Below, piece after piece: positions 1 through 9,983 of a stretch of DNA of 64,000 nucleotides. Numbering within the stretch: the first letter of the stretch is position 1; each line of letters opens with the position of its first letter. A program made the translations under genes and the position numbers. Under the pieces are notes generated by a model. That model saw only the letters and a list, made by a program, of their open reading frames with translations. It did not search any database and was not told the DNA's origin. The DNA comes from a virus: IMG/VR virus record IMGVR_UViG_3300048575_000193; one strand, given 5' to 3'.

Positions 1-12
1 TGGTATCTCCGC

Positions 13-3000
13 GTGCTGGGCACCGATGAGCTAAGCTCTTCACCCATCCTGACCGACGTCAACCCAACCTCTCACCAGGTTACCAGCCCCACCACCGAGG
101 TCACGTTCACCACGACCGCAAGCCTCGGGCGATCCGTACTCTTCGAATCGAGAGCCTATCGGGCTGGCGTCCCCATCGTTACTACGACGTTCTCGGTCTA
201 CGTCCCAACGGCTGAGGGCTTGCGTGTAGGGTCAGCCCAAGAAACCGTAGAGGGCAACCCGGAGTTCGGTTGGGCAGCCATCATCAATCCCGCAATCCGA
301 CGTCCCTCGGGAGGTGGCTTCACAGCGGGCGGCGACCTTTCCGGAACGTCTACGAGCCAAGTTGTCACAGGTCTTCGTGGACGCCCCCTATCGGCAACGG
401 ATCCCGCCACGGGTCAAACCTATGTGTGGGACGGGTCCATGTGGACGCCCACAACCATCAGCGGGAGCTTCACCCCAGGGGGCGACCTCACTGGAGATGC
501 CACCGACCAGGTCGTGAGCTTCATTCGCGGGATCGAGAGTATGGACCCCGCCTTGGCGGCGGACAACCACTACGTCCAGATCAAGCGCAAGACCTACTAC
601 AGATACCCCTACGTGATCCACGTTGATGGGTCGGACATCTACGTGATGGAGGGCGCTCCGGGAGCCGAGCTTGCTTCCGGTGAGGCTACGACCATCTGGA
701 AGTTCCACGACGACGGAACAGGAACCGGCTGGACCTATGTCGCCAAGTACGACACCGTGACGGACTTCCCCACGCTGTACTCCAACGCGGACATGGCTTG
801 GGACGACAACTACCTCTATGTCGCAACGTACACGGGGAATCACGTCGCGATCATCAACAAGAGCGACATGACGATCGCGGGGTGGTGTTACAGCGATGCC
901 ACCGTCCTGAGTGTGTGCATTGATGGGTCCGGGGGAATCTACGCCTACGTCACGGCCTGGGCCAATCCCCGCATCCACAAATTCATCCTAGCAAGTTGTC
1001 TCGGACAACCCACCTTCACAGGCACCCCGGACACGGATGCGAAGACGGACGCTTCAACCCTCATCCGTTACGGGACAGGTTCTTTGTGGCTTGCGCGTGG
1101 ATGGGATAACGCCGTCAATCAGGTCGAGACGTCATACTTGACGCTGGTGGGGACATGGACCCCTTCGGATAGCTCAAACGTCACTTCCGCGATCTATGCC
1201 CTCGGATCGATCTGGGTTACCCGTTGGGATTGGAGTTCCATCTGCACCGTTGCCCGCGTCAACCCAGGGGACCTGACGTGGGTTGACATTCCTATGACGT
1301 ATGGGGCGATCACGCAACCATTCGTTTGCGAAGTCGGCCAAGACGTTCTGGGTGCCGATGCCATCTTCGTCTCGGACGGTGGGTGGAACTACAGGATCGG
1401 CCAGATTGATCCCGCAACCAATACCTACTACGGCTACTACGACGCCCCCACGAACCACGTTCCGTATTTCATGGCGTCCTCCCCGGCTGGTTATCTCTAC
1501 GCAGCGGGGTATTCTGGGTCCTACGCAAGCGTCAACTACATCAACCTGCCCTTGGGAATCTATTCCCAGACGCCCATCACGTACCCCTACTACCTGAGCT
1601 ATGCAGACGTCTGGCAGCTTGCTGGGCACGACCTCCCAACAGCCACCCCAACCAACGGCGCGCTGCTCTACTACAATAGCACGAGTGCTGCCTGGGAGAC
1701 GTCAGGGCTTTACGGGGATCTGACAGGAACTTACCCCTACCCGCAAGTCGCAGCTCTTCGTGGTTACCCCGTCCGAAACAGCATGCCGTTGAATGGGCAG
1801 GTGCTCACTTGGAATTCGACTAATTGGAGATGGGAGCCCCAAACACCCTCTAGCGGGGGGTTCACAGCAGGCGGGGACCTTTCAGGATCCTCAACGAGTC
1901 AGACCGTCATTCGGATCCAAAACCGGAGCGTCTCTGCATCGGTGCCTACTGACGGGCAACTTCTGCAATACAGCTCAAGCTCGGTCGCCTGGGTTCCAAC
2001 GACGCCCAACCAGATGACCGTGACGCTTGGCGAGTCAGCCAGCACAGACAATGCCATGTACCTTGACGAGAGCCGCGATAGCGCAAGCCCTGGTCTCCGG
2101 GCTTACCCCGTCAAGAATTCCGTCTACGAGCATTCGGTTGCCCTCGAGAACGCTACCAATTGGACGGGCGGGCCTACGCAGCCGTATGCCTACGACGCTT
2201 GCGCGCTATTGTCCGATCTCTACTTGGTGGCCTATCGCGTCAACGTCAGCGGCACCATCTACCTCCGCCTCCGGGCCATCAAGTACACCCCGGGGACGGG
2301 CGTCACGGTCGGAACCGCCGTTGACATCGATGTGGATGGCGCCTCCAATGAGGTTGCTTACGTCTCCTGCACGAAGTGCTCAAACTACAATGACACCTAC
2401 GTTGGTGGCATCGTTGCCTGGGCCAACCCGATAACGGGCCGAGGCTACATCCTCGGCCTTACGGTTTCAGGGACGACCATCACAGCGACGTCTGTGACGA
2501 CGTTCCGATCGACGGCCGTTGTCGGAACCGGGCTGGTCAACTACATGGTAGGTTACCCGCAACAAGGAGGCTTCGTCCTTGCCTGGGCTGACTCATCATC
2601 CAATACAGGGCTCTCCCAATGGGGCGATCTCTATATGGGATCAGGCGGCCCAACGCTGACGCTACACGGGAGCCCTGTGACACTCACAAGCATGGCGGCG
2701 GCCAATATAGGTCAGATCATCATGCGAAGCTCAGGGGGCAGCGGCGGCAACATCTGGGCGACATTCGGATACAATGAGCGTCGTGTTCTCAGCGGCCAGG
2801 TGTCCGCAGGTAGCTCGACAGAACTTCAATGGTACTATGCCGGAGCCGCGACCGAAACCGAAGCCCGCGTTGACGCCTACAACGATTACGGAGGAACCCC
2901 CGGCTACGTTTTGACCTCGAACCTCTACGGCACGGGAGACTTCCTTGCGGGCGGCAGCGCTGCTCACATCATCACCGGAACCCGGGCAGGCTTCACGGAC

Positions 3001-3663
3001 TACGCCTACCTCATTCACGTGCAACACGGTGACGAGGACGTGAACTACCAGGGGTCCTTCACGCATAACACGAAGGTCATCAATGGTGGCGTGTCCACCT
3101 CTTGGGGAGCTTCTCTTCAGCACATGACGCTCCGGGGCATTGGGCCGGACACCTTCATCGTGACATATTCCATGGCATCCTATGGAAACGCCATGTCTAT
3201 CGGTTACGGGCGTGTCTCGGCTCAAGGCGGGTTGTCCTTGGCTATGGGGATGTCCGTAGGGGCTCCGGCATACTATTCGATCCCCTTGGGAACGGCGCCC
3301 CAGCACTACATGCTCCCATTCCGGATCACAGACTACTTCTACGGGATGCTGCAATCCTGTCGTGAGACCGGGGGCAAGGACTACTTGAGGTTCTCGCTGT
3401 ACACCTTCAGCGACACCCGTCCGGGCTTCATTGGTTTCCTCCAATCCGGTGGAAGCCGAGGAGACAGCCGGGTCATAACCTTGCCTGGGGGCCTTCACAC
3501 CTTCGCCTCCACCATCAATGGTGCCCTTCCAGGCCAGCCCATCTACATCACCAGGTACGGCGGCATCACCCCGACAAGGAATCGCGCCGGGGGAGGCATC
3601 TTTGGAATCCTTACCGGGACCGCCAACCAGATCATCGTTCAAAAGCCGGGACGTTCGGTGTAG
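13..3663 (+). CDS. Tail fibre / virion appendage-like protein (frame open to the window edge, may be 5'-truncated)
   Basis: 1216 aa, G/T/S/Y-rich. Four copies of a G(D)L(S/T)G...Q.V...(L/I)(R/Q)G.P...GQ...W....W.P spacer module flank beta-rich domains. Confidence 0.7.
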   Translation: MLGTDELSSSPILTDVNPTSHQVTSPTTEVTFTTTASLGRSVLFESRAYRAGVPIVTTTFSVYVPTAEGLRVGSAQETVEGNPEFGWAAIINPAIRRPSGGGFTAGGDLSGTSTSQVVTGLRGRPLSATDPATGQTYVWDGSMWTPTTISGSFTPGGDLTGDATDQVVSFIRGIESMDPALAADNHYVQIKRKTYYRYPYVIHVDGSDIYVMEGAPGAELASGEATTIWKFHDDGTGTGWTYVAKYDTVTDFPTLYSNADMAWDDNYLYVATYTGNHVAIINKSDMTIAGWCYSDATVLSVCIDGSGGIYAYVTAWANPRIHKFILASCLGQPTFTGTPDTDAKTDASTLIRYGTGSLWLARGWDNAVNQVETSYLTLVGTWTPSDSSNVTSAIYALGSIWVTRWDWSSICTVARVNPGDLTWVDIPMTYGAITQPFVCEVGQDVLGADAIFVSDGGWNYRIGQIDPATNTYYGYYDAPTNHVPYFMASSPAGYLYAAGYSGSYASVNYINLPLGIYSQTPITYPYYLSYADVWQLAGHDLPTATPTNGALLYYNSTSAAWETSGLYGDLTGTYPYPQVAALRGYPVRNSMPLNGQVLTWNSTNWRWEPQTPSSGGFTAGGDLSGSSTSQTVIRIQNRSVSASVPTDGQLLQYSSSSVAWVPTTPNQMTVTLGESASTDNAMYLDESRDSASPGLRAYPVKNSVYEHSVALENATNWTGGPTQPYAYDACALLSDLYLVAYRVNVSGTIYLRLRAIKYTPGTGVTVGTAVDIDVDGASNEVAYVSCTKCSNYNDTYVGGIVAWANPITGRGYILGLTVSGTTITATSVTTFRSTAVVGTGLVNYMVGYPQQGGFVLAWADSSSNTGLSQWGDLYMGSGGPTLTLHGSPVTLTSMAAANIGQIIMRSSGGSGGNIWATFGYNERRVLSGQVSAGSSTELQWYYAGAATETEARVDAYNDYGGTPGYVLTSNLYGTGDFLAGGSAAHIITGTRAGFTDYAYLIHVQHGDEDVNYQGSFTHNTKVINGGVSTSWGASLQHMTLRGIGPDTFIVTYSMASYGNAMSIGYGRVSAQGGLSLAMGMSVGAPAYYSIPLGTAPQHYMLPFRITDYFYGMLQSCRETGGKDYLRFSLYTFSDTRPGFIGFLQSGGSRGDSRVITLPGGLHTFASTINGALPGQPIYITRYGGITPTRNRAGGGIFGILTGTANQIIVQKPGRSV

Positions 3664-3671
3664 CTGAGGCT

Positions 3672-4301
3672 ATGCCCATCGTCGTTGAGCTTGCGACTCT
3701 CCACAACATTGACTTCGCGATCGATGCCGATCGCGACTTCCCCACCCTCTCCGGTTATGTGGATTATCTCAACGGAGGCTCTCAAGGCTTCGCCCTTGTC
3801 ATTGACACGTCCTTCCTCATCCGCCTTCTCTACGTCTTCGACGCCCGAAGGCTGAGGCAGCTTGAAAACGATAGGTGCTACGTCAGACATGACTCCGAAC
3901 GCATCTACGGCTTTAGGAGCCGCGACGGATTGCGTGAGTTTGACATCGACACATGGCGGGCCTGGGCACGAGAGCGGTCGGACGCCAACGTTACCATGAA
4001 CGAGATGCGCTTCGGTACAGCCAGGACGGCAAGGCGCCCGGACGATGATGGTCCAAGGACGCGCCCGGTAGCGCCCCGACGCCCTGCCCCGCCTCGAGGC
4101 CCCTTCGAGACAGCTCTCGTGGATCCGCCCAACGCGGTTTCTGGTCCTCGCGTGCGCATTCGGCCACGGCCCGGGGACATTGGTGACACTACACGACAGC
4201 GTCTCGACGCAATGGCAGGGATCTTCACAGATAACGCGCCGGACGAATCAGACCTCAGACCGCCACCTGACTTCTTCGACCACCTCAAAGACGAAACCTG
4301 A
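3672..4301 (+). CDS. Hypothetical protein with C-terminal PPP-DFFDHLKDET tag
   Basis: 209 aa ORF starting 8 nt after a GGTGTAG box. Confidence 0.7.
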   Translation: MPIVVELATLHNIDFAIDADRDFPTLSGYVDYLNGGSQGFALVIDTSFLIRLLYVFDARRLRQLENDRCYVRHDSERIYGFRSRDGLREFDIDTWRAWARERSDANVTMNEMRFGTARTARRPDDDGPRTRPVAPRRPAPPRGPFETALVDPPNAVSGPRVRIRPRPGDIGDTTRQRLDAMAGIFTDNAPDESDLRPPPDFFDHLKDET

Positions 4302-4313
4302 AAGGACCTGAAC

Positions 4314-4811
4314 ATGAGACTAGCTCTACTTGCATTGATTGCTGTTGCCTTGGTTGGTTGCTCGGCTGACACGGGGGAAGCCCAGGAGGAGAGTATTGGG
4401 ACGGCCCAAGCGGCTCTCCGAACCCATATCGGCGTCGTGTACGACGGCACCGGCTATTGTGACAACTACAACTGCTACATCCGCAACGGAACCGAGGGGG
4501 GTGTTCGCCAGATCTGCACGAGCGCTTGTGCGTCTCAAGACCGTCTTGCGAACCGAACCTACGCATCATCGCCCCAATGTGACTACGTGTCCTCCACGGT
4601 ACAGCCCGTGTCAACATGCAGCACGGGAGGCCCTGAGCCCGATCCAAGCGAATACACCCAGTGGGAGTGTGACTGCTATTGCCTCCTGAATTCCGGAGGA
4701 GGGGGAACGCCTCCAGGGACGCAACAGCCCAACCCCGCCGAGTGTATCATCTCGCCCGGAAGCTATTGCCCCGCCTGGTGCAGCCGATGCACCACGACTT
4801 CGACGTATTGA
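4314..4811 (+). CDS. Cys-rich lipoprotein
   Basis: Signal peptide with lipobox-like VGC, then ESIGTAQAAL and many Cys. Confidence 0.75.
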   Translation: MRLALLALIAVALVGCSADTGEAQEESIGTAQAALRTHIGVVYDGTGYCDNYNCYIRNGTEGGVRQICTSACASQDRLANRTYASSPQCDYVSSTVQPVSTCSTGGPEPDPSEYTQWECDCYCLLNSGGGGTPPGTQQPNPAECIISPGSYCPAWCSRCTTTSTY

Positions 4812-4817
4812 GGGCTG

Positions 4818-5012
4818 CTATCCCTTGGCCGCAAGGGCCATCGGGATTTGGATGGGGCTTTGTACGACCTCGACACGCGCAGGGAGCACACGGATGCTTG
4901 ATTGCGTCCTTTGCCGGTCCAAGACAGCATCGTGAAAGACGGTGAGTAACCTCACCGTCTCCTGCGTTTCCTCAACAACCTCATGCAGGGCGTCCGCAAT
5001 GGGGTCGCTCAT
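4818..5012 (-). CDS. Hypothetical protein
   Basis: 64 aa, ATGA-type overlap with the upstream gene. Confidence 0.5.
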   Translation of the reverse strand: MSDPIADALHEVVEETQETVRLLTVFHDAVLDRQRTQSSIRVLPARVEVVQSPIQIPMALAAKG

Positions 5013-5584
5013 TGGCCACCTCTCTTGGGCGGACGTGCCGTCTCTTTGTTGTCAATGATGTCCATCGCGGTTAGCACCCCTCGAAGGAGCATGTTCGTCG
5101 CTGCCTGTGCATCCCTTAACATAGCGACCTCCTCAAGGATTCGCTTCTGTTCTGCGTCTACCTCTGCCCGGCTTATTCCGGCTCGAGGCTCTTCTCGAAG
5201 TCGATCGTCCATACGATCGATGCGTTCTTGAAAGCTACGAAGGCGGCTGTTCAACCGCTCCTCGTACTCCTGCTGAATCTCCATGTTGACCGTCCCTGAC
5301 CGCCCTGCGCGGGCGACAAGGCGCGTCAGCCACGCCGGGGGATCGTCCTCCCAAGAGTCGATTTCCTTCCGAAGCCGAGCCAGCGTCGTGTCAAGGATCC
5401 CTACCGTGTGGAAGAGACCCGTAGCAGGAGCAGTGTTGTGCGGGGGCGACCCGAGCCTCTCCTCAAGGATGGCTAGCCTGTTCCTGATGTCCCGAAAGGT
5501 GGCGAAGACCGTGGCGAGGGCCGTGGCGCCACCCGTCAACAATCCAGAAGCCAGGGACTCAACGATCTTCGTCCAGTCAGACAT
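5009..5584 (-). CDS. Membrane-anchored coiled-coil protein
   Basis: N-terminal hydrophobic segment (LASGLLTGGATALATVF) followed by heptad-rich helices. Confidence 0.65.
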   Translation of the reverse strand: MSDWTKIVESLASGLLTGGATALATVFATFRDIRNRLAILEERLGSPPHNTAPATGLFHTVGILDTTLARLRKEIDSWEDDPPAWLTRLVARAGRSGTVNMEIQQEYEERLNSRLRSFQERIDRMDDRLREEPRAGISRAEVDAEQKRILEEVAMLRDAQAATNMLLRGVLTAMDIIDNKETARPPKRGGQ

Positions 5585-6128
5585 CCTCTACTCCGTCAAG
5601 GCAGGATAGGCATCTCGGTTCGTATGCTTCAGCTCCCCCCACAAGTACAGTCTGACTGCTAGCCACAATCCGGTATGACCTGTTCGCGCCCTCACATCCA
5701 CAAACAGCACATCGTGCCCGGAGCTTCTTGACCTCATCAGCAAGCGCCAAGAAGGCAGGCATGGGGCCGAAGGGTTCACCCTTTGACGTGAGATCCAAGC
5801 CAGCAAGGATCACATGCGCGCCGTCATGCACCGCCTTCGCGATGACCGGCACAGCGTCAAGGGTCAAGAATTGCGCCTCGTCGAGAGCGATCACCTTGGC
5901 ATCGGTAGGCCAGGGCGTTCCATCCAAACGGACTATCTCCGCAGGGATGCGGGCGCCGTCATGGGAGACGATCTTGGTTGCGCTGTAGCGCGTATCGTTT
6001 TCAGGTTTCAAGACCCGGACGTCAACGCCTGCTTCCTTGAGCGCAAGGACCTTGGAGATCAGTGAGCGGGTCTTGCCCGCGAACATACATCCAGCGATAA
6101 CGTCTAGGCGGCCAGTGTGTGGTTGCAT
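5577..6128 (-). CDS. tdk: Thymidine kinase
   Basis: GCMFAGKT P-loop, IALDEAQF, LAGLDLTSKGEPF, CAVC...YEPRCLSC Zn site. Confidence 0.92.
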   Translation of the reverse strand: MQPHTGRLDVIAGCMFAGKTRSLISKVLALKEAGVDVRVLKPENDTRYSATKIVSHDGARIPAEIVRLDGTPWPTDAKVIALDEAQFLTLDAVPVIAKAVHDGAHVILAGLDLTSKGEPFGPMPAFLALADEVKKLRARCAVCGCEGANRSYRIVASSQTVLVGGAEAYEPRCLSCLDGVEDV

Positions 6129-6162
6129 TCTAGATCAATACACCACACAAGAGGGCTATTAG

Positions 6163-7260
6163 CTAAAGGGCCGAAGAGACAAGCTCAATGCAGAGGGAGT
6201 CAAGAGCACGGTTGTCCGGCCTTGCGGGAAGAGGGCTGGTTAGAACGATCTGGGCAAGCTCGTAGTTTTGCTGGTTTGCCCAAGCAACGAGTCTCTCGTA
6301 GCTCCAGGCGCCGTTACGCACCTCAAGAAGCTCGGCCGCGTCTGGGCGCCGTACCCGCAAGACGCCCTCCGTTAGGATCTCCCGGCACATTCGCAAGAGC
6401 CGGATGAGGTGCATGGCGTGCTTCGTATCGTAGCCCCACTTTGCCTCCAAGGCGGCCCGCGCAGGGTTTCGCTCCTTGAGCCACTTCTGATACTTCTTCC
6501 ACTCCCGGGCCTTCGCCGTGAATTGACGCTCCCGCTTGAGATACTCGATGAAGTTCTCGTCGAAACCGAAGGACCTCGCCGCGCCCTTCCACAAGTCGTC
6601 CATGTGGATCTGCATCTCGGTGAGCATCTCGAACATGGCCTCCTTGATCTCGATCCGGTAGGCGGGCTCAAGGTCTTGGAGGAAATTCATGTTCCATTGG
6701 TCGAGCTTCTTCTGGATCCCGGCGTTGACGGCCTCCAATTGCTCCGTTGGGATCTCCGGTTGGGGCGGCAATTCAAAGTCCGATCGCTCCGGCTTCTTGG
6801 TTGGAGGATTCTTGAGCCATCGGTAGTGCCCCTCAATCCGCCGCATCTGCGACGCGGCATACCCCGAGAACGTTCTCAAGGCCAAACGCGAGAGGAACAT
6901 GTCTCGGCATTCAAAAAGCCGCTTCGATGTCGCCGTCACGAACAGGTGATCCGAAGGATCCGTGAAGATGATCTCCAAGGCGTTCGGATTGCAAACCGCC
7001 GCGAGCTTCATGAACTTGCGAAGCTCGAAGATGACGAAGTCCGGGGCCACGTCGTCAGAGGTTGTCGCCGACGCCGTCTGATCGAAGTGAAGGTCGTAGC
7101 CGAGGTAGTACTCCTTGGGCGCGATGCAGATCCCCCGGATGTCCATATCGGATGTCGGGAGGTTCGTGCCATAGGCGTGCGATCCGTGGCGCGTAAGGTA
7201 GAAGGTCCGGTCTTTCACCCAGGGGAGCGCCCCTGGAGGCATGTTCCATTCGAATGTCAT
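6163..7260 (-). CDS. Pol-beta superfamily nucleotidyltransferase (RlaP-like)
   Basis: GSHAYGTNLPTSDMDIRG motif, CNPNALEI, YDTKHAMHLIRLL. Start taken at MTFEW. Confidence 0.85.
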   Translation of the reverse strand: MTFEWNMPPGALPWVKDRTFYLTRHGSHAYGTNLPTSDMDIRGICIAPKEYYLGYDLHFDQTASATTSDDVAPDFVIFELRKFMKLAAVCNPNALEIIFTDPSDHLFVTATSKRLFECRDMFLSRLALRTFSGYAASQMRRIEGHYRWLKNPPTKKPERSDFELPPQPEIPTEQLEAVNAGIQKKLDQWNMNFLQDLEPAYRIEIKEAMFEMLTEMQIHMDDLWKGAARSFGFDENFIEYLKRERQFTAKAREWKKYQKWLKERNPARAALEAKWGYDTKHAMHLIRLLRMCREILTEGVLRVRRPDAAELLEVRNGAWSYERLVAWANQQNYELAQIVLTSPLPARPDNRALDSLCIELVSSAL

Positions 7261-7514
7261 CGCGTTCTCTCTTTCCGGTAGGGCAGAGCGGGGAGGACCC
7301 CTACTTCCGTCTTGACGACCTCGTACTCCACGATCTCCCAAGAGGGCGGGATGGCTTTCTTGGGGCCGATCCAGCTAGCCGATAGCTGCGTCAGGTGGCT
7401 ACGGACGTGCTGTAACGCCTTCCACTCCTTGCCCTTCTTCTCGAAGGTTGGGTTGTAGCCTCCCGTTGAGAAAAGCCCCGTTGCCTTGTCCCGGATCTTG
7501 TAGACCGTCGCCAT
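7257..7514 (-). CDS. Hypothetical protein
   Basis: 85 aa, coupled to neighbours. Confidence 0.65.
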   Translation of the reverse strand: MATVYKIRDKATGLFSTGGYNPTFEKKGKEWKALQHVRSHLTQLSASWIGPKKAIPPSWEIVEYEVVKTEVGVLPALPYRKERTR

Positions 7515-7521
7515 ATCAACC

Positions 7522-7860
7522 TCAATTCAGGATAAGCCCTCCACGGAGGGCTTGTTTCGTTGCGCTTCGGGCAGCCTCGACCAGGGCTCTGGCCGTCCGG
7601 AGCCCGTTCCGGTACTTCAAGGTCTCAACGACAACCTCTTTCGAACCGGCCTCAATCACGTTCTCCAATCCCTTCCCCGCCTCCCAAAGCTCTGGGAGGA
7701 CCGCACCGAGCATCGCTTGTGCCTTCTCAACGCGGTAGGCATCCGTCATGGCGGGGAGCGTTCGGAACTTCTCCGCCACCTCGGCCATACCGACATGTTC
7801 CAATGCGGTCGGTACTGATTCACGGATACACTTGTCCAGATGCTGCTGATGCACGTTCAT
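7522..7860 (-). CDS. Hypothetical protein
   Basis: 112 aa from MNVHQQ, downstream of a class I promoter motif. Confidence 0.6.
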   Translation of the reverse strand: MNVHQQHLDKCIRESVPTALEHVGMAEVAEKFRTLPAMTDAYRVEKAQAMLGAVLPELWEAGKGLENVIEAGSKEVVVETLKYRNGLRTARALVEAARSATKQALRGGLILN

Positions 7861-7883
7861 GGGGATTACCTTTCTGGGGGATG

Positions 7884-7908
7884 TATGCCGGGGTAGCTGC
7901 ATGATCAA
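7884..7908 (-). promoter_or_regulatory. Class I motif TTGATC-N12-CGGCATA
   Basis: 23 nt before ATG 7860. Confidence 0.75.
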
Positions 7909-7930
7909 CAACTACCCCGACGAGGGCGGG

Positions 7931-9514
7931 CTATTTGTAGGATTCGATCGAGGCAACCCAACTCGAGGCGTCGCCGGAGACGAAGGCCCCGATGACGTTG
8001 AAGACCTCGTCCGAGAACCCGCCGACCTGAAGGATCCCAGGACGGCTTGGGACCTGGTGCGTGGACGAAGGCGTCACGTCGATGCAGATCAGCTTGGCCT
8101 TGGGGTTACGCTTGACGATCTGCTGCCACTCCGTGAGCATCCCAGTACCGTGCCCGTACTCACGATCAACCCATGACTCGTAGTCCGAGATGAAGATGAC
8201 CACATCCGGCGCGGCGTTCTCCTTGTTGAGCAAGGCCAGGGGCGCCGAGCAGTTGGTCCCGCCTCCGCCGATGGACGAAAGCTTCTGCGCGTTCGTCATG
8301 ACCGAATCGCGAGGATTGACCTTGACGCCAACCACGCTCTGCTCGAAGGGGATGACCCTCGCAGTCTGGTTGGTCCTCAAGACGCTCGCTGCAACCAAGG
8401 CTGCAACGTCAATGCAGGTGACCTTCGAAGGCGTCTTGCTGCCCTGACGTCCCGTGACGTAGGCTGACATGGAGCCCGAAACGTCCGGGCAAATCACGAC
8501 CGAACCCTCGAACACCGGGATGTTCTTGGTAGCAGCCTCCAAGGCGTCCTGCAACGCCAGGGTGATCTCCGTGGGCATCTCCGTACCCACGTTCTTGTAG
8601 GCCGCCAGGAGCTGGTAGGGGAAGCAGTGTGCCTTCGCAACCTCTTCCGCCGACCCGAGCTTGTCGGCCAGCTTCTTGGTGAGCCTCTTGTCCGAGAAGA
8701 CCCCGTGACGCAGGAACGTGTTGAGGTTCATACGGAGCTGCGTCCACGTAGCCCTCTCCGCAAGCTGCTTCCAGCCCTTCTCCGTGATGCCCTCAACACC
8801 GACGAGCATCTCGAAGGGGACACCCTTCTCCGGGACAGCAACCTTGGCCGGGTCCGCCTTGAATGCCAGGAAGCTCTTGACCTCTTCCGGAACATGCTCC
8901 GACGTCACCAGCTCCTGCCCCTGGAACTTGAACTTGTCCTTCCCAAGCAGGTAGGCATAGAGCGCCGAACGCTCCACCGTCCCCGGAACCGGCCGGATGA
9001 GCTTGATAACGTCCGCCATCGACGGATCGTTACCCGTGGAGTTCGTGAAGACCACTCCGTCCTTACGGCTTTCGAACCAGCTCTGGATCATCCTCTTCGG
9101 ACGCGTTCCGAAGCTCTTGCGCCCCAACGCGCCAGACCGGATGACCTGGACGAAGTTGCGGAGCATCTTGCCGTTGTTGATGACACGCGGGAAGATGGGC
9201 TCGAGGAGCGCCCCATTCATCGCAGCCAGGTAGGCCGCAAGAACCGCAGGCATGTCCTTCATGAAGCCCTTCTCGTGTGCGTAGAGCGCCACCTTCGCAA
9301 CGTACTCCGGATCGCACGCGACGGCTGCGTTCAAGACGGCCTCGAGCTGCATCTTGTCCGACACGTAGTACGTATTGGACAGGCACCCCGTCACCGCCAA
9401 TTGAGCCAGGGCCATCTTTGGCGTCATCTGGTACGCCGCCCCACCCGCCTCGTTGACCGTGTCCGCCGCCTGAACAGACGGCTTCGCCCCTGGGAACAGA
9501 ATCTTGCTTGCCAT
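7931..9514 (-). CDS. rsr: Ro60 / TROVE-vWA RNA-binding protein
   Basis: NEAGGAAY, LAQLAVTGCL, KDMPAVL, LRMNLNTF, MIDAS-like PDVSGSM, GGGTNCS, FISDYESW. SD GGAGG 5 nt before ATG 9514. Confidence 0.93.
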   Translation of the reverse strand: MASKILFPGAKPSVQAADTVNEAGGAAYQMTPKMALAQLAVTGCLSNTYYVSDKMQLEAVLNAAVACDPEYVAKVALYAHEKGFMKDMPAVLAAYLAAMNGALLEPIFPRVINNGKMLRNFVQVIRSGALGRKSFGTRPKRMIQSWFESRKDGVVFTNSTGNDPSMADVIKLIRPVPGTVERSALYAYLLGKDKFKFQGQELVTSEHVPEEVKSFLAFKADPAKVAVPEKGVPFEMLVGVEGITEKGWKQLAERATWTQLRMNLNTFLRHGVFSDKRLTKKLADKLGSAEEVAKAHCFPYQLLAAYKNVGTEMPTEITLALQDALEAATKNIPVFEGSVVICPDVSGSMSAYVTGRQGSKTPSKVTCIDVAALVAASVLRTNQTARVIPFEQSVVGVKVNPRDSVMTNAQKLSSIGGGGTNCSAPLALLNKENAAPDVVIFISDYESWVDREYGHGTGMLTEWQQIVKRNPKAKLICIDVTPSSTHQVPSRPGILQVGGFSDEVFNVIGAFVSGDASSWVASIESYK

Positions 9515-9526
9515 TTGATCCTCCAT

Positions 9527-9588
9527 GCGGCCGAAGCCGCCAAGTGTTGCCAGCATGCCCGTGTGGGCCAAAGTTACGGCACGGGCAT
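9527..9588 (-). promoter_or_regulatory. Two-hairpin structured 5' leader of Ro60
   Basis: 9-bp stem ATGCCCGTG/CACGGGCAT and GCGGC-TTCG-GCCGC tetraloop hairpin abutting the SD. Confidence 0.6.
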
Positions 9589-9623
9589 TACCTACACCGT
9601 TCCGAACCTTGGCGCCAGGGAAT

Positions 9624-9788
9624 TCACCCGCGATCGTTTGATAGCAGGTGCGCAGCCTGGATGATGTAGAAGGCGGCGGCGGCCCCCGTGATGTCATCCT
9701 TAGCCAGGATGCTCACAGCGACTTCGTCGCTGATTCCAAGGTCAAAAGCCTGGGCCATTCTTGCGATTTGGAAGTCGATGCTCTCCAT
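9624..9788 (-). CDS. Small hypothetical protein (MESIDFQ..., alternative start 9902)
   Basis: ATG lies 8 nt after a class I motif. Confidence 0.5.
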   Translation of the reverse strand: MESIDFQIARMAQAFDLGISDEVAVSILAKDDITGAAAAFYIIQAAHLLSNDRG

Positions 9789-9796
9789 GTGTCCAA

Positions 9797-9821
9797 CATG
9801 CCGGACGGGCTCCGTGATCAA
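9797..9821 (-). promoter_or_regulatory. Class I motif TTGATC-N12-CGGCATG
   Basis: 8 nt before ATG 9788. Confidence 0.6.
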
Positions 9822-9920
9822 CGGTTTTCTGGGTGCCCTCGGTCCCAATACCTCTGCATCAATGATCGCCAAGACAGCATCTGATTTCACGGTCAAATTC
9901 ATTTCCCCACCCCAAATACG

Positions 9921-9945
9921 TTGATCCCTCTACCCCACCGGCATA
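9921..9945 (+). promoter_or_regulatory. Class I motif TTGATC-N12-CGGCATA
   Basis: 38 nt before ATG 9984. Confidence 0.75.
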
Positions 9946-9983
9946 CCAGCCCCGGAAGAGAAACCTCTCGGAGACATGAACCA

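Noticed and set aside
6409-9664. Long plus-strand ORFs (6409-7281, 8627-9664) and similar shadow ORFs such as 38942-39727 and 25832-26617
   Set aside because: Antisense to well-supported genes with no motifs; expected by-product of high GC
9515-9700. Canonical YrlA Y RNA next to Ro60
   Set aside because: No paired T arm/D arm tRNA-like module; GGTTCGGAAC lacks a closing stem
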